Positions 1 through 12,879 are shown, counted from the first letter of the stretch. The stretch is DNA of 64,000 bases from Trichosphaerium sp. ATCC 40318 (GCA_038496445.1 JALMLS010000344.1:124001-188000), one strand, 5' to 3'. Notes: generated by a model not told the origin, from the letters alone. Translations and numbers: made by a program.

Positions 1-1672
1 TTGTTGTGGAGTAGGTCGCGTGAATCCCATTACTCCATAAGATAGTCTGTTTCCTGGTTTAAGTAATCCCTTAGGAACTGTATTAATTTTTGAGCTTGCA
101 CCAACACTCATGCTCTTTCTAATTTTTAATTGAGGAGAGCCTGTTGGCTTTTGTGCAATAGATATTGTCGAGTCAAAACTTGAACTTTTAGTAGGAGCTT
201 CAAAGAGTTTTCCCGGTTCGTGAGTAGTGAACAAAGGTTGCTGTACTGTGCTCGATTCTGTAACTGGTACTGTATTTACTGAGGCTCCCTATAAAAGGAT
301 TAATTGGAGGTACAAGCAACAAACAAGTCGTACATTTGAACCCTCAATGTTTTCTGCACCAGCAGGCGACAATGGCTGAGGTGTGGCGTTTTGAATAGGC
401 GGTAAACGGATATGGTAAGAGTTTGGTGCTGAATCTGCAGTATCCTCAAAACCTAATGTTGAAGCAGTCCCAGAAGCACGGCCATGAAAGGTCAGACCAC
501 TTCTGGGAGAAGTTGAGAATACGTGAGTAGGCGCTGTGCGGGCAGGCGGCTCTGATTCAGGCACTAAAATAGGCTCTGACCTTACAGTTGAAGTAACTGG
601 CTCAATTACTACTCTTTCATTTCTTGGTGCTGGTGCAGCACGCGCTGGTGGCGCCTGGTCGATCACATCAGGCACAGCACGAGCAGGTACCATAGGCACA
701 GTACGGACAGGTGGTCCATCACCTGGAGCCTCAAGTGGTACCACTGGAAGCACTGGAGCTGCGCGCTTAGGAGGACCAGATACATCCTTTTTGATGCATT
801 GTAACTGTGGTTTTAATTCTTGTTGAATTGGTTCTACATAAACCAGTTGAGTATCTGGATTACATTTATTTTTCCCATACCTGTGACGCTTGTATCTGCA
901 CCACCTCCAATATGTGTATGAGCGACTTGACTATCAATCTCTCTTACCTACAATCAGTTAAATATTTGCAGTGTTACTTTTAGAATCAGTACATTTTGAT
1001 AAGGTACTTGAGCTTTTTGCCACGACGTTGTACTTGGTGATTGTGAAGTAGGAGTAGTAGACACTTGGGGTTGCACATGTGTTACGGGTATATCGACAGG
1101 TGCTGCTATTGACAAGTTTGCAAGAGCTTTCGGGCGGGCAGGAATGAATGCGCTTTTTGGTTGAGGTGTAGGCGCAGTAGGAATTGGCTCTACTTCATCT
1201 ACAAGCGCTACAGAGCTAATCAGTGGCTCTTGAGGTGGACTGACATTTTGTTGAACTTCAGTATCAATACTGGCATTATTTACGGTTTTTTGAGGTTGTG
1301 TTTGTTCGTGAACCGTTTCGACGTTGGATTCCGGTACATTCTCTTCTTTAACTTCTGTATCAGGCGCGTCTAACCACTGGGAATCGAATTGTACACTTGG
1401 AATATGAGGTAAGTCGTCAACGTTACTGTAATCGCCTAAATCGAGCTCAAGTTCTTGTGCGTCACTGGCATCAACTTTTATATCAATATCTGGCAAAGAG
1501 TTCGTTTGCTCTGTGTCTTTGGTTAACTATACTGCATAGTAGCTTAAAATAACGTACCGGGAAGCGATTGGTCCGTAGTAAATGCCGAGTCAAGCGCACC
1601 AGTCATCTGCGACAGCATATCATCGAGCTTACCCAATCCAAACGTTATTTCGCGTATCTGGTCGTCATTCAT
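1..1672 (-). CDS. Pro/Thr-rich low-complexity protein, 5' part (runs off the window); possible LD-motif adaptor
   Basis: Spliced minus-strand exons include ORFs 954-1496 and 289-753 with GT..AG boundaries. Probable start MNDDQIREITFGLGKLDDMLSQM at 1672; the start is uncertain. Confidence 0.55.
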
Positions 1673-1995
1673 AGTGCTAAAACCGTATATTATAAATAAA
1701 ACATTTTTTTGCGTTAATAGATTAATTTGGTAGTAAGTGTACGAGCCACTGGCGTAGTGTACACTACTGAATGAACTTGGTATGTCTAATGTGGCGAGCG
1801 CAGCTAGGAAAAGATTTACGTACCTAAAACCATTAACTATTTGGGTGAATGTGCGCTAGTTGTAGAGTGCGCTCTAAATATGCGTGCAGCGTTTGGCTGC
1901 TTAAACATAAAACAATTAAGTAAAGTTTTTTCGCTAAAGCATTCCACTTTCTCCACTAGGCAGTACCACTATTCTATTCTCTGCAATACCGAATA

Positions 1996-4900
1996 ATGGC
2001 TAACGTAAGCATACTAATATTTGTTTTATGCCCTTATTTTAATAACAACGCTTTGAAACATACTAATTGACGTTAAACAGGTCCGCACCTCAAATATTTT
2101 GAGTGAAGACATACCGTATGAGGTACGCTACTATAACAGCAAAAACGGTACCAGCATACGTTGGCTGTGCTTAGCCGTTGATATTTTGAATACTGAGTGC
2201 CAAAAAATCACAATCGCCATAGGAAGAGGTTTTACGCAACCCATACAGTGTAAAATGCTGGCTGCACTACCTCACTTGGAAAAATGAGTCTGGTCCAGAG
2301 GACAGGTTTGTGTTATGGGAAAGAGCTATAAAAGAGCTTCCTGGTTCTTACAAGCTCTGGTAAGCGCTAAAATTTTTTTCTGTTGTAAACCAAGCACAAG
2401 ATTTATATTTCTTTTTTTACAGGTTCAGATACCTTGAAGAGAGACGCCGTAACGTCGAAAAGTACAGGATAGACCACCCAGCGTGGGAGCAAATGAATAA
2501 CTGCTATGAACGCTGCCTAGCCAACCTCCACAAGGTACCTATGCTAAACCGCTCTTTTTTTTTTGTCGATTGCGCGTTCACCAAACACTCGCCATCATTT
2601 TTGTCACAAATGTTAAATTTCTATTTAGATGCCACGTATTTGGTTGAATTATTTGACATTGTTAATGAAGCAACGATTTATAAAGCGCACCAGAGAAACT
2701 TTTGATCGCGCTTTGATGGCACTACCAATCACACAACATGACAGAATTTGGTCACCATATGTTCGGTTTGTTAAGCTCGCCAATGTACCAGAGACCGCAA
2801 TACGCGTATTCCGTAGATTCCTTAAATTTCAAAAAGACAGAGTGGAAGATTTTATTGAGTATTTAGAAGATGGTACGTTATCTCAAAAAAGCCATGAAAC
2901 GTGTGCACGCTGGCGTATCAAAAAATACGCTCCGCATATGAACAACGAGCACGCCATATTTCAACAAATTAGAACACCACAGTTTTCGCTCAAAAATTTC
3001 GCAAAACGTAAACTCGCCTATGGCTTGTTCTGAAGGCTGCAAAATTCATTTTGAAAAGCGTAGAATCTCCCATAGCTCAATTGGTTAGAGCATCTGTCTT
3101 ATGAGCAGGGGGTTGTGAGTTCAAGTCTCACTGGGAGAAATAACCTTTTTGCATTTTTAAATAGCGCTTTGCAAACACTAAAAACTAACTCAAACGTAGC
3201 TGGTTATCATGGTGAGGCTGCCAAGTATCTTGTGGAGGCTGTAAACGATCCATACTTTGAATCAAAGAAAGGACGCTCTAAACATGAACTATGGATGCAT
3301 CTTTGTGATATTATGTCTGAACATCCTGAACAAGTATCTAAAGCTGGTCTCAAAGTTGAGCCTATTATTCGCACAGGCCTTGGTCGTTTTGAAGCCGAGG
3401 TTGGTAATCTTTGGGCAGCGTTAGGCAATTACTACGTCCGGTGCGTATTTCTACAACATCAACCAAAAGTATTGTCGTGCTTATATTTGGGTAGACTAGC
3501 TTCTTTTGATCGTGCTCGAGATATTTTTGAAGAGGGCATCACACAAGTCATGTCGATTCGTGACTTTAGTATAATTTGGGAAGGATATTCACAGTTTGAA
3601 AGAGGTCTTGTTATGAACAAAATGAATGATTTGGAAGAGCGCGAGGAGCAAGGTGATGCTGTAGATGACCAAGACGATCTTGACTTTACTATGGCACGAT
3701 ATGAAGATTTACTAAACCGTAAAGAAGTATTACAATCTGATGTACTTCTACGGTACGTTGTAGATTTTTTTTTGGATTTTTTTTTGATTTTACACATTGT
3801 TGATCGTTTTTATAGCCAGAACCCTCACAATGTCCATGAGTGGCACAAACGGATAGCATTATTCGAACAAGATCCTGAACGCATGGTTGCTGAATATGAA
3901 AGAGCGTTAAAGACAGTAGACGCACAGCGTGCAACAGGGAAACCTCAAACATTATGGATAGCGTTTGCACGTTTGTATGAGGAGGAAGACCTTAATTCAT
4001 CCAGAAAAATCTACCAAAAGGCAGTTACACAAGCTTATCGCACTATTGATAACTTGGCATCTATATATTGCGAATGGGTAGAGATGGAACTTAGAAACAA
4101 GCAATTCAAAGGTATTACTAGCTCAAAAAACTTTTAGTCATCATTTTCTAAACTTGAGACTCGCGTTCTTTGACTAACACCATGTTGTAGAAGCTCTAGA
4201 TATTCTTAAAGAAGCTACTGCAGTTCCACCTAGACATACATCTATACCTCAAACAGCTCCTGTTTCGAAGCGCTTGTTTAGATCTAAAAGACTTTGGGCT
4301 TTGTATGCTGATATTGAAGAAAGCGTCGGTATGTCTATCTTGCTGGATTTTTTTGAACAAGATTTTGTAGTTTTTAAAATTTATGTATCTTTTTTAGGCG
4401 GTTCTTTTGAAGGAACACGTTCTGTGTATGATAAAATACTTGATCTTAGACTTGCTACACCACGACTTATCTTGAACTACGCACAATTCCTAGAAGAACA
4501 CAGGTACCTTTATTTGGGTGATAGTCATCAAAATATTAACTTTTATGCAGTCATTTTGAGGAATCGTTCAAAGTTTATGAACGTGGTGTATCAATTTTCA
4601 AATACCCCAACAGTGTAGATATTTGGATGACATACTTACGACGATTTATCGAACGCTACGGTTCCACTAGGTAATGCCCTTACCTTTCTTAAATTAAAAG
4701 AGCAGCTGATTAACACTTTTATGTTTAGACTTGAACGTGCTCGAGACCTTTTTGAACAAGCTTGTGAAGCGGCGCCTGTTGAATATGCGTTTTTCATTTA
4801 CTTGCTTTATGCTGAGCTTGAAGAAGAGCATGGTCTTGCAAGACATGCCATGCAGATTTATGCAAGGTAATAGTGTTTTTTTATTGTGAAATTGCTGTTT

Positions 4901-5876
4901 ATTTAACTTTATTTCTTTAGAGCTTGTAGACGCCTTGATGGTGAACAGAGGTTTGTCATGTACAACATATATGTTAGACGTGCTGCTGAATTCTTTGGTA
5001 TCACAAGAACACGTGAGATTTTTGAAACAGCCATCGAAGAGCTTAAGGATAAATATGCTAAGGAGATGTGTATGAAATTCGCACGTTTGGAGTTACGTCT
5101 TGGTGAAATTGATAGAGCAAGAGCTGTATATGTTTACTGCTCTCAATTCTGTCCACCAAGGACTAACGGTAAATTCTGGCAAGTTTGGGATGACTTTGAG
5201 GTGCGTTTGTTATTACTCTTTGGCTTTTTTTTAGTGCCTTCATTTTTCTTCGCCTTTTTTGGTTTTTTTCGCTTTCATTCATGATTTTTTACGTATCTTA
5301 TTTGTTGGTTTAGCAAAATCATGGTAATACTGATACCTATCGCGATCACTTGCGTGTGAGAAGAAGTGTACAAGCCAAGTACAGCCAGGCTAATATTACA
5401 ATGAATCCAGACGTACTTGCTGAGCCTGAGGCTATGGATGCTATTGAACGAGGCGATGATCCAACTACTGATATGATGGCTCTTCTAGAGCAAAATGCAC
5501 CATCTGTACGTTCTTGTTACTCCCAAGAAAGAAAAAGAAAGAAAGGGAACATTTTTCAAAGAATAAGAACTTTGACTGATTGCTTTATTAGCAGGTTGTT
5601 GACGAGCCTTCCACTACCAACACTGATGTTGATGGAAGTGAATTCGAAGAGGATACTGAGATGGAAGACGCACCTATTGTAAGACATACAGGTGCTGAAA
5701 ACACTGAAGAAATCGATATTGATGATGATGATGCGTTTGATGTTGAAAAACTTGCTGTTCCGCAAGCTGTGTTTGGTCAAATAGACAAAGATAAGTTAAA
5801 GGATGTCACAGATGGTGCTGAAGCCCTTGGAGCGAAAGATAGACTCAAGAAAAAGAGAAAGAGAACTAATTTGTAA
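1996..5876 (+). CDS. SYF1: Pre-mRNA splicing factor SYF1/XAB2 (HAT repeats), multi-exon
   Basis: Spliced peptides EDIPYEEEVLRNPYSVKCW, ELPGSYKLW, KMPRIWLNYL, RALMALPITQHDRIW, LLRQNPHNVHEWHKR, GEIDRARAVYVYCSQ and the acidic tail NTEEIDIDDDD are typical of SYF1. Confidence 0.97.
3066..3139 (+). tRNA. tRNA-Ile(UAU), intronless, inside SYF1 intron 2873-3199
   Basis: Cloverleaf: acceptor TCTCCCA/TGGGAGA, D-stem GCTC/GAGC, anticodon arm TCTGT-CTTATGA-GCAGG, T arm GTGAG-TTCAAGT-CTCAC, discriminator A. A T5 Pol III terminator follows. Confidence 0.93.
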
Positions 5877-6113
5877 TTGGAACAAAAATAAACAAAAAAA
5901 GCGAAAAAAAAAAGCTTTTGTTTCACAAACACGACTTGTTATAATTTTTTTATATGGAGTTTTCCTAAGGACAGTCCTTAGTGTTTCTTAAATTGGTAGT
6001 AGATATTATTACAGAGCTACAGAGAATTCGATTTTAGAGCTACGAACTACTAGCAAAGGTTTTTCTTTCTTGTTTTTTTTTAACTTTTTTTTCTTTTGTT
6101 CCTTCTTTTTTCG

Positions 6114-7225
6114 TTATCCTCTCAGTTGCTTCTTTCCTGCTACATATGCTACAATATGATCGGTATGTTGCTTGTACTTCTTCTTCATCATAAGTGTACC
6201 ATCGTTAAGCCACATCCTGTACTTTCCTACTGGTATACCTTTTTTAAATACTGCCTCTGTTCTCTTTTGTCCTGAAGGATACCACTCTGTATATAAACCT
6301 TCTACTTCACCTCGTTCATAGTAGCACTGAACACTCTTTTGTCCATTTTCATGCCACTTTGTTAGTTCTCCATTCTTTTTACCTCTTTTGTAGAAACACA
6401 ACGAACGTTGTGACCCAGAATTGTACCAAGTTTGATCTTTACCATTCATCAAGTCATTCCTATACGAACAAACAAAAACAACGGATCCATCCGGACGCCA
6501 TCTTTTAAAATGTCCTTCTCTCTTGCCTCCTTTGTATACACATTGCATTACTTTATCTCCATAAGAATTATACCTCTTTAGACTACCTTCAAGCTCGTTT
6601 TCCTTATAAAAGCACTTTGTCTTTATCTTTCCATTCATATACCACTCGTGATAGTCTCCTTCTAGTTCACCTTCTTTATACCAACAATGTAAAAGAGGTT
6701 GACCGCTTTCATTCCAAACTTGATATTCTCCGTCTAACTTTCCGTCCTTGTAATGACACACAAAGTCCTTCTCAGTAAACGTATATCTGTCACTATACTC
6801 GTATGTGCTGTACTCTCCTTCAAGTTTACCGTCTTTGAAACAGCACTTTTTACGTAACTCTCCTCCTATCCATTTCTGGTATTGACCTCCTTTTACGCCG
6901 TTTGTGAAGCATTGCTCTTCGTATTGTACCTTGCTACGGCTAAACGGCTTCCATTTTTTCCATAACCCGTGTTTATTCAAAGCAAAGTCAAATCTAGAGC
7001 TTGTTGCTGTTTGTCGTGATAGAAGAGGCCATTTTTTGTATATCTCCGGGCTGAAATGGACTATTATCTGATGCAATTCGATTGGAAGATCGTCGAGTAG
7101 TAAGCAGCGCTTTACGCGTCGCGAACGTAACTACGCAGGAGTTTAGCTTGTTTTGTATTACAGAGAAACGCTTTATAGGGCTCGCAAATAAGCTTGAAAT
7201 GCGTGTTTATTATTACCTTTTCCAT
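6114..7225 (-). CDS. F-box-like + MORN-variant (YwqK-like) repeat protein
   Basis: Repeated YKxGxLEGxYxxWyxnGq units. Extending the ORF upstream (ATG GAA AAG, intron 7110-7216, then CGC) gives MEKRCLLLDDLPIELHQIIVHFSPEIYKKWPLLSRQ, an F-box-like motif. Confidence 0.85.
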
Positions 7226-8148
7226 TGAGTACTTGATAGATATTTGTACTGGAGTGTACTGCTTCTATTCGAATGAAAACTTTGACTTCATTGAATTTGA
7301 TGTTGTCATAATCTATTTACAGATAAATGTCACAATGTGTCAAAAGTTACTTTTGTAATTTCTTCCGCAAACTACTCATTGAGTATCTTAGTATTAGATT
7401 GAACTTTTTACGTATTGCTTGCACACCTTGACCATGGACAATTAGTCAACTCATTAAACTTGCCTTTTGGTAGACCAGAGAACGATGTGTGTTTACAAAG
7501 GCTCTAGAAAATAGCACGGAAAGGTTTAAATTGTTTTACTACTACCTTTAAGCTAACAAAAAGCTTTGCACTTGTTGCTAGCAGTCCAAATATAAACTGC
7601 TAACAACTACATTATTTACTACTTTCATCATAGCCTTGCCACGAAAACCACAACTGCACATTCACCTACTATCTTGTGTTGATGCTATTGACAGCTTGGA
7701 AGGTTATAAGATATTATATAGCGATAAATTGTGGTACCACTTGAGGAAAGCGATTTAACGAGATACGAAAGGAAAAAAAACCACTGCTGTAGTGTTTGTA
7801 AAAAAGCGTGCACACTCAACGTCCAAAACCCCAACATTTTGTATCGATAAAGAACTATTTCAAGTAGCTTTCTAAGCTGTTGGAATGTTAACTCCATAAT
7901 CCAGTGACGCTATCGTGAGAGTTCACCCGGCAATCCTGAAATACCAAGTTAAGAGTTGTAAGAATTCATTGAAGCTACCCACTACTAGTAGTTCAACATC
8001 TAAAATACAGCTACGAAAGTAACAACAGTTTCTAAAAGACGGCAGTAGGTTCTATCGTGATTCGGGTTCGTAAAGATTTGCGAGATAAGTGGCAAAAAAA
8101 AAACTGACTTAGAAGACATGCGTCGAGTCATTTTGTTAACTCTTGACA

Positions 8149-9853
8149 ATGCTTAAAATCTACACCGTGTGGATAATGCTGCTGTCTGCATGTATTATGT
8201 CAAATACCAAACGGTTTTCTCTGCCAGGAGATTGTAAATGGCCAACAGAGAGGCAACTGGTGCAGTATAAGAGGACAATACATGGAGACGTTCTTCAGTT
8301 TGGAGACGAAGGGTATGATGATGCAAGAGCTACTCGTAACCCAAGAACTGGACCGCCACGCCCTTACCTGGTAGTCATTCCAAAGACCAAAAGCGACATT
8401 GTTCGTACTCTTCGGTTTGCTACTAAACACGTGATACGTATCGCTGTCAAAAGCACTGGTCATCATTTTGATGTGAGGTAACTTTTCTTGATTTAGTTGA
8501 TCTAAAAGGAGCTAGGAACACTGCTGACGATGCCATTATGGTATTTATGAAATGCTTTAACCATAGACATTTGGATGCAACGCGTAAATTGCTAACAGTG
8601 GGCCCAGGTAAACCTCTATTAACCTCTCCTACGTTAGCTGATAGCATATTTTAGGACAAAGCTGGGCCTCTATCAACAGTTGGCTACATTCAAAGAGTGA
8701 AAACAGACTTGTGGCTGCAAGTGCCGCCCATCCAGGGGTAGGCCCAGCGGGATGGGCTTTAGGAGGTGGACACGGTCGCTTAACTCGTCTTCATGGACTT
8801 GGTGCAGATTTACTTGAGAGTGTAGATATAATTCTTTCCAATGGCAGGGCACTTACAGTATCAAGGCGTCGACATTCGAAACTATTCAGAGCACTGCGCG
8901 GTTCCGGTGGAAATCCTTATGGCATCATCACATCTCTTACGTTCAAGGTTTTCGAGGATCCAGGCAATTTTTCCGAGTTTAAAGGCTGTTTTGTACTTAC
9001 AAACGAAGTCGCTGATTTATTCCAAAACTGGATGAAGGACGCTCCAAATAACGCTGGAGCATACTTCGTTACTGCGTATGATATTCCATCATCAACTTCC
9101 CTTGCTTATATTGATGGATTTTGCTTTGGTGACCCTCAATCCTGCGAAACAGTTCTAGCACCTCTTGCTCTTATTCCAAACTGTTTGTTCAGAGAATGCG
9201 TTGTGGAGAAAACTTTTGATTCGTATGGAGAATACTTGGAAGCTACAAAAAACGATGGTTTCCAAGGAGGTGGTAGTGCTTATTATGTGTCAACTGCACT
9301 GGATTTTAAAACACCTGGACAATTGCGTGTTATTGCTAAATGGATGAATGACTTTAACTTTACCACGTGGCCTTTTTCGCTGATTAGTTGCTCAGGAAAT
9401 GGCGTATTGGGAGGATACAGCACCATGTTAGATACGTGTGGCGATGAAACTGCAGTATCACCTGCTATGCGACAAGCTTCTATGGCTATAACTTGCTCTG
9501 TTGGATGGGACCCTTCGAACGGAATTTCGAGACCTGATTTGGTTTCTAATATGGATGACTTTGCAAACAATCAGCTTAAACCAATTGGCGTTAACAACTG
9601 GGTATACTGGAATGAGCCACAACATAATTTCAGGAACTCTTCTGATTGGCAGCAAAGTTATTTCGGTTCAACAGAAAACTACAAGCGATTGCTCAAGGCT
9701 AAAAGAATTTATGATCCATACAATATTTTAACTTGCTATCATTGTGTTGGTTGGGAGTATATTCAAAACGTTGACCCTGCAACATGTCCTAATGATTGTT
9801 CGTGTTCCAACCAAAGGCACAGTGGCGTCTGTGCATACGATAGATCCGTGTAA
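8149..9853 (+). CDS. Secreted berberine-bridge-enzyme-like FAD-linked oxidoreductase (FAD_binding_4 + BBE), 2 introns
   Basis: Signal peptide, AVKSTGHH flavinylation motif, GWALGGGHG, LFRALRGSGG, YWNE...YFGSTENYKRLLKAKRIYDPYNIL. Confidence 0.93.
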
Positions 9854-10100
9854 AATCCTCTGGTAGACTCAAATAAACTACAAATGAACTCTTTCTTTGT
9901 TGCGTTCTCAATCTGTATACTGGTTGAATATGCTTTAATATTCTTGATGGAAGCATTCAGCTTGCATTCTGGAGGGTCTTCCCTCTGAGGTTTGTTACTC
10001 TTCTAGATGGTAATAGTATGTCATGTAAGTTTGGTAATATTGGGCTACAGTGAGCTTGTACGTAAACGAAATCATGTTAACAGTATTTACAGTTTTCGTT

Positions 10101-12765
10101 TTATTTCTTTTCCTCTTGCGATATTTTTGGCTTCCAACCCTCTTTTAAGCATCGACAAGGTCTTAAGGCTGCACCGTCTCCGCAATCGCAAAAGAATGCT
10201 GGTGAATAATAAGCTTCACTCAAGTCGTGACCAATATGACAGGTCAGAGAACACACATGACAACATCCTTACTCAATCATTAGTTTTTTGATTTGTTTTT
10301 TGAACCAAACGAACCTTTTCCTTCAACAAGGTTACATGTCTTACAGTGGTACATGTATTGTGGCGCATATTTCGCTTTAGTTGCATTGTATGAACATATT
10401 CCTTCTTTCTTAGGTAATAGTTAAAGATACAGAAAATAACAGGAATGAGACGAAAAAGAAATAACATACTAGAGTTTGTATTACTGCTTGTTCTTGTAGA
10501 GCTCCATCAAGTAAATGCCTTGAACAATTATAAAGCATTTTAGATTGTCCAAAATTAATAGACACAGTCAAATCCCTTGTACCTAGCCCTACAGCTGGAT
10601 AATAATGCCCTATAAAAATATTAAGATTCTACCCAATTTCCATGTTAATGTACAAGAAAAAATGCTTGTACCTTTTACATTCTTAAACGCAGTTCCGAAA
10701 TACATTCCGTTCAGTGTAAAGAAGACTTTCGATGTATCTTGTTCCCATCCACACCCTACTATATCACCATGTCCAGCTTAAAGTAAAATGTCAGTAAAGC
10801 TGTTAGTTAGTAAAGACGGTACTGCAAGGATAAGTGTATCTTGTTTGAACTCCATTTAAAATACAATTGCCATTTCCTAAAAAATTCTCATCAAAACTTG
10901 TCGTACAGATTGCTATTTCTTGAAAGTACTTACCCAATAGACCATAACTATCTTGTCCTTCACCTGGTAAACCCTTCATGTCATGAAACTTTGATACAAG
11001 GCCAATAGAAAACTGTGAGAAATCTGGCTTTGATCTTTTTCAAAGGAAAGAATGAGAGGTTGACTTGAACAAGAAGCACAGTTGATATACGTACGAAGAT
11101 CTACTCGGTGTATCCAATCTTACTTCAAAGTAATAAATTTTACACTGTCCAATAGCTTTAGGAATCAAAGCATTACCAGGAAATACCATATTCTCCTGAG
11201 AAGGTCAACATTAGTTTCTATTTCTCTTCCACGTGAAAAAATAGTTGTAACATACAAGTGGTGGAGGAGGCTCTTTGTTACCAAATAAAGAAGAAAACCC
11301 TGTCCGTAAACTTTTAGCAGCAATGATACGACCTAATTTTAATACATTATTAGTACTAACAAATACAGGAGGAAGTTCATTTAAAATTTGCGTGTTACCT
11401 TCATGTGGGTTATGGTTTTCTCCTTCAAAGTTGCCTACACTCACAATATCATGATAAAATTGATCTCTTATAGCATTTGGCAGGAATAATGGTTGTCCAT
11501 GTAGCGGTGAATGAGGTAAACTTGGTGTCAAATAACTTCTGAAAGGCAAGTTAAGTCAAATCCAAAAAACAACAACAAAAAAAAAGAAAGGATACAAGTT
11601 CGCAGCAGCTTCTTGTACTGAAATGAGCTCCTACACGAAATGTAAGCATAATACTTACTACTAAATAATCAATATCAAAAACTGTTTTACCAGTGTTAAC
11701 GTCTTGTTTATAGCTTTAAGCTCTGCTTCACGTGCTCGTAGTCGAGATATTTCTTTCATTGCCTCTTCCAAGTGTTCTTTTGAGCTTTGTTTCATATGTT
11801 CTATAACGTCACTTCTCTTACCACGGAAGGTACACTGTATAGCCTCGCACGTGCAATTTATTACTTTATCTTGACAGTATTCTTCTAAGTGTCTTTCAAC
11901 CGAATCCCGTGGTATAAACACCCCACATTTCATAGGGCACTCTATTTCATACTTAGGACAAGTTTCTTTTTGATGAACCTATTCAAGAAAGTCAGAAAAT
12001 AACGACACAAGCAGCAACTGCTTTGTTTTCGAAATGACAAATGCGTACGAGCATAGTAAGTTTTGATACTAGAGTACTACATAAGTTACATTCTACAGGT
12101 GCATGCTCACAGCTTGAAATATGTTCATCAAGGTCTTTACGTAGTATATCATCTGTAGAAACATAAACATTGTCAGAAGTCAACAACTCGTTTTAGGGAT
12201 GTCATGAAAAAAAAAGAACGCGTTTTTAAAGAGGGTTGGTTACCTGGACAGTTGCCGTGTCCATGAGGACACTCCACAATTGTGTAGGAGCATGTAATTA
12301 AATGCTGTGATACTATACCACGTGTTACTTTGTCTGAACACCCTCTGTCAATGTTAGGGCAATCAATTGGCATTTCGTCGACCTTGAAGGTTTCGGTTTA
12401 GGATAACGTTGTTTTTATTTGAAATTGCGAATAATCGAGCTTATACTCGGTTTATGGTATCGCTGCGCGTAGAAGTCGTATACAGTGTATGCAACGAGAC
12501 TATTAAGGTTGTTTTTGATTTTAACGTACCAAACGTTGAAAAGGCACATTCGGGGTGCACATAGATGCATCTTTCAAACTAGAACGACACTCAGGGCATG
12601 TTGGATGTGCCACTAGCCACTAACCCCAAATCAGATAGTGAGCACCTTATTATCGCAGCGTACTTCTTCAATACAGCTTTTACAAAAGCACTTGTGACAA
12701 CATGGTGTTTCAACTACATTTGTAAATATATCCTGACATATGGGGCACTCTAGCATGCGCTCCAT
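10101..12765 (-). CDS. E3 ubiquitin ligase: C3HC4 RING + TRAF-type Zn fingers + coiled coil + SPRY + C-terminal UBR-box Zn finger
   Basis: Hand-spliced: CPICQDIFTNVVETPCCHKCFCKSCIEEWLVAHPTCPECR; TRAF fingers (HLITCSY, HISSCEH, HLEEYC); SPRY motifs (YFEVRL, FSIGL, GDIVGVG, YPAVGL, INFGQ); last exons ICSYNATKAKYAPQYMYHCKTCNLVEGKGCCHVCSLTCHIGHDLSEAYYSPAFFCDCG; stop at 10101. Confidence 0.88.
11539..11595 (-). other. U12-type (minor spliceosome) GT-AG intron
   Basis: Donor GTATCCTTT; branch-like TGACTTAAC about 12 nt before CAG; removal restores the frame (AANL/SYLTP). Confidence 0.75.
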
Positions 12766-12879
12766 GGCGCAGTCTAATGTATTGGATGACAATACTACAA
12801 ATGGCGTTTAAGTCATATTGTACTTCGCTCAGCGCAATTCTAGCCTACTGACATTATTTACAAAGAGAACCACTCCACT

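Noticed and set aside
536-826. Gly/Ala-rich plus-strand ORF and other short antisense ORFs in the track
   Set aside because: They are shadows of real exons on the opposite strand or frame.
6270-6285. GTATCCTT U12-like donors on the minus strand (also near 46211; ATATCCTT near 21722)
   Set aside because: They lie inside a continuous ORF, antisense to an exon, or within an existing intron.
7306-7970. Splice-like signals on the minus strand upstream of the MORN gene
   Set aside because: I could not build one convincing ORF; it may be a small gene or a spliced UTR and needs RNA data.
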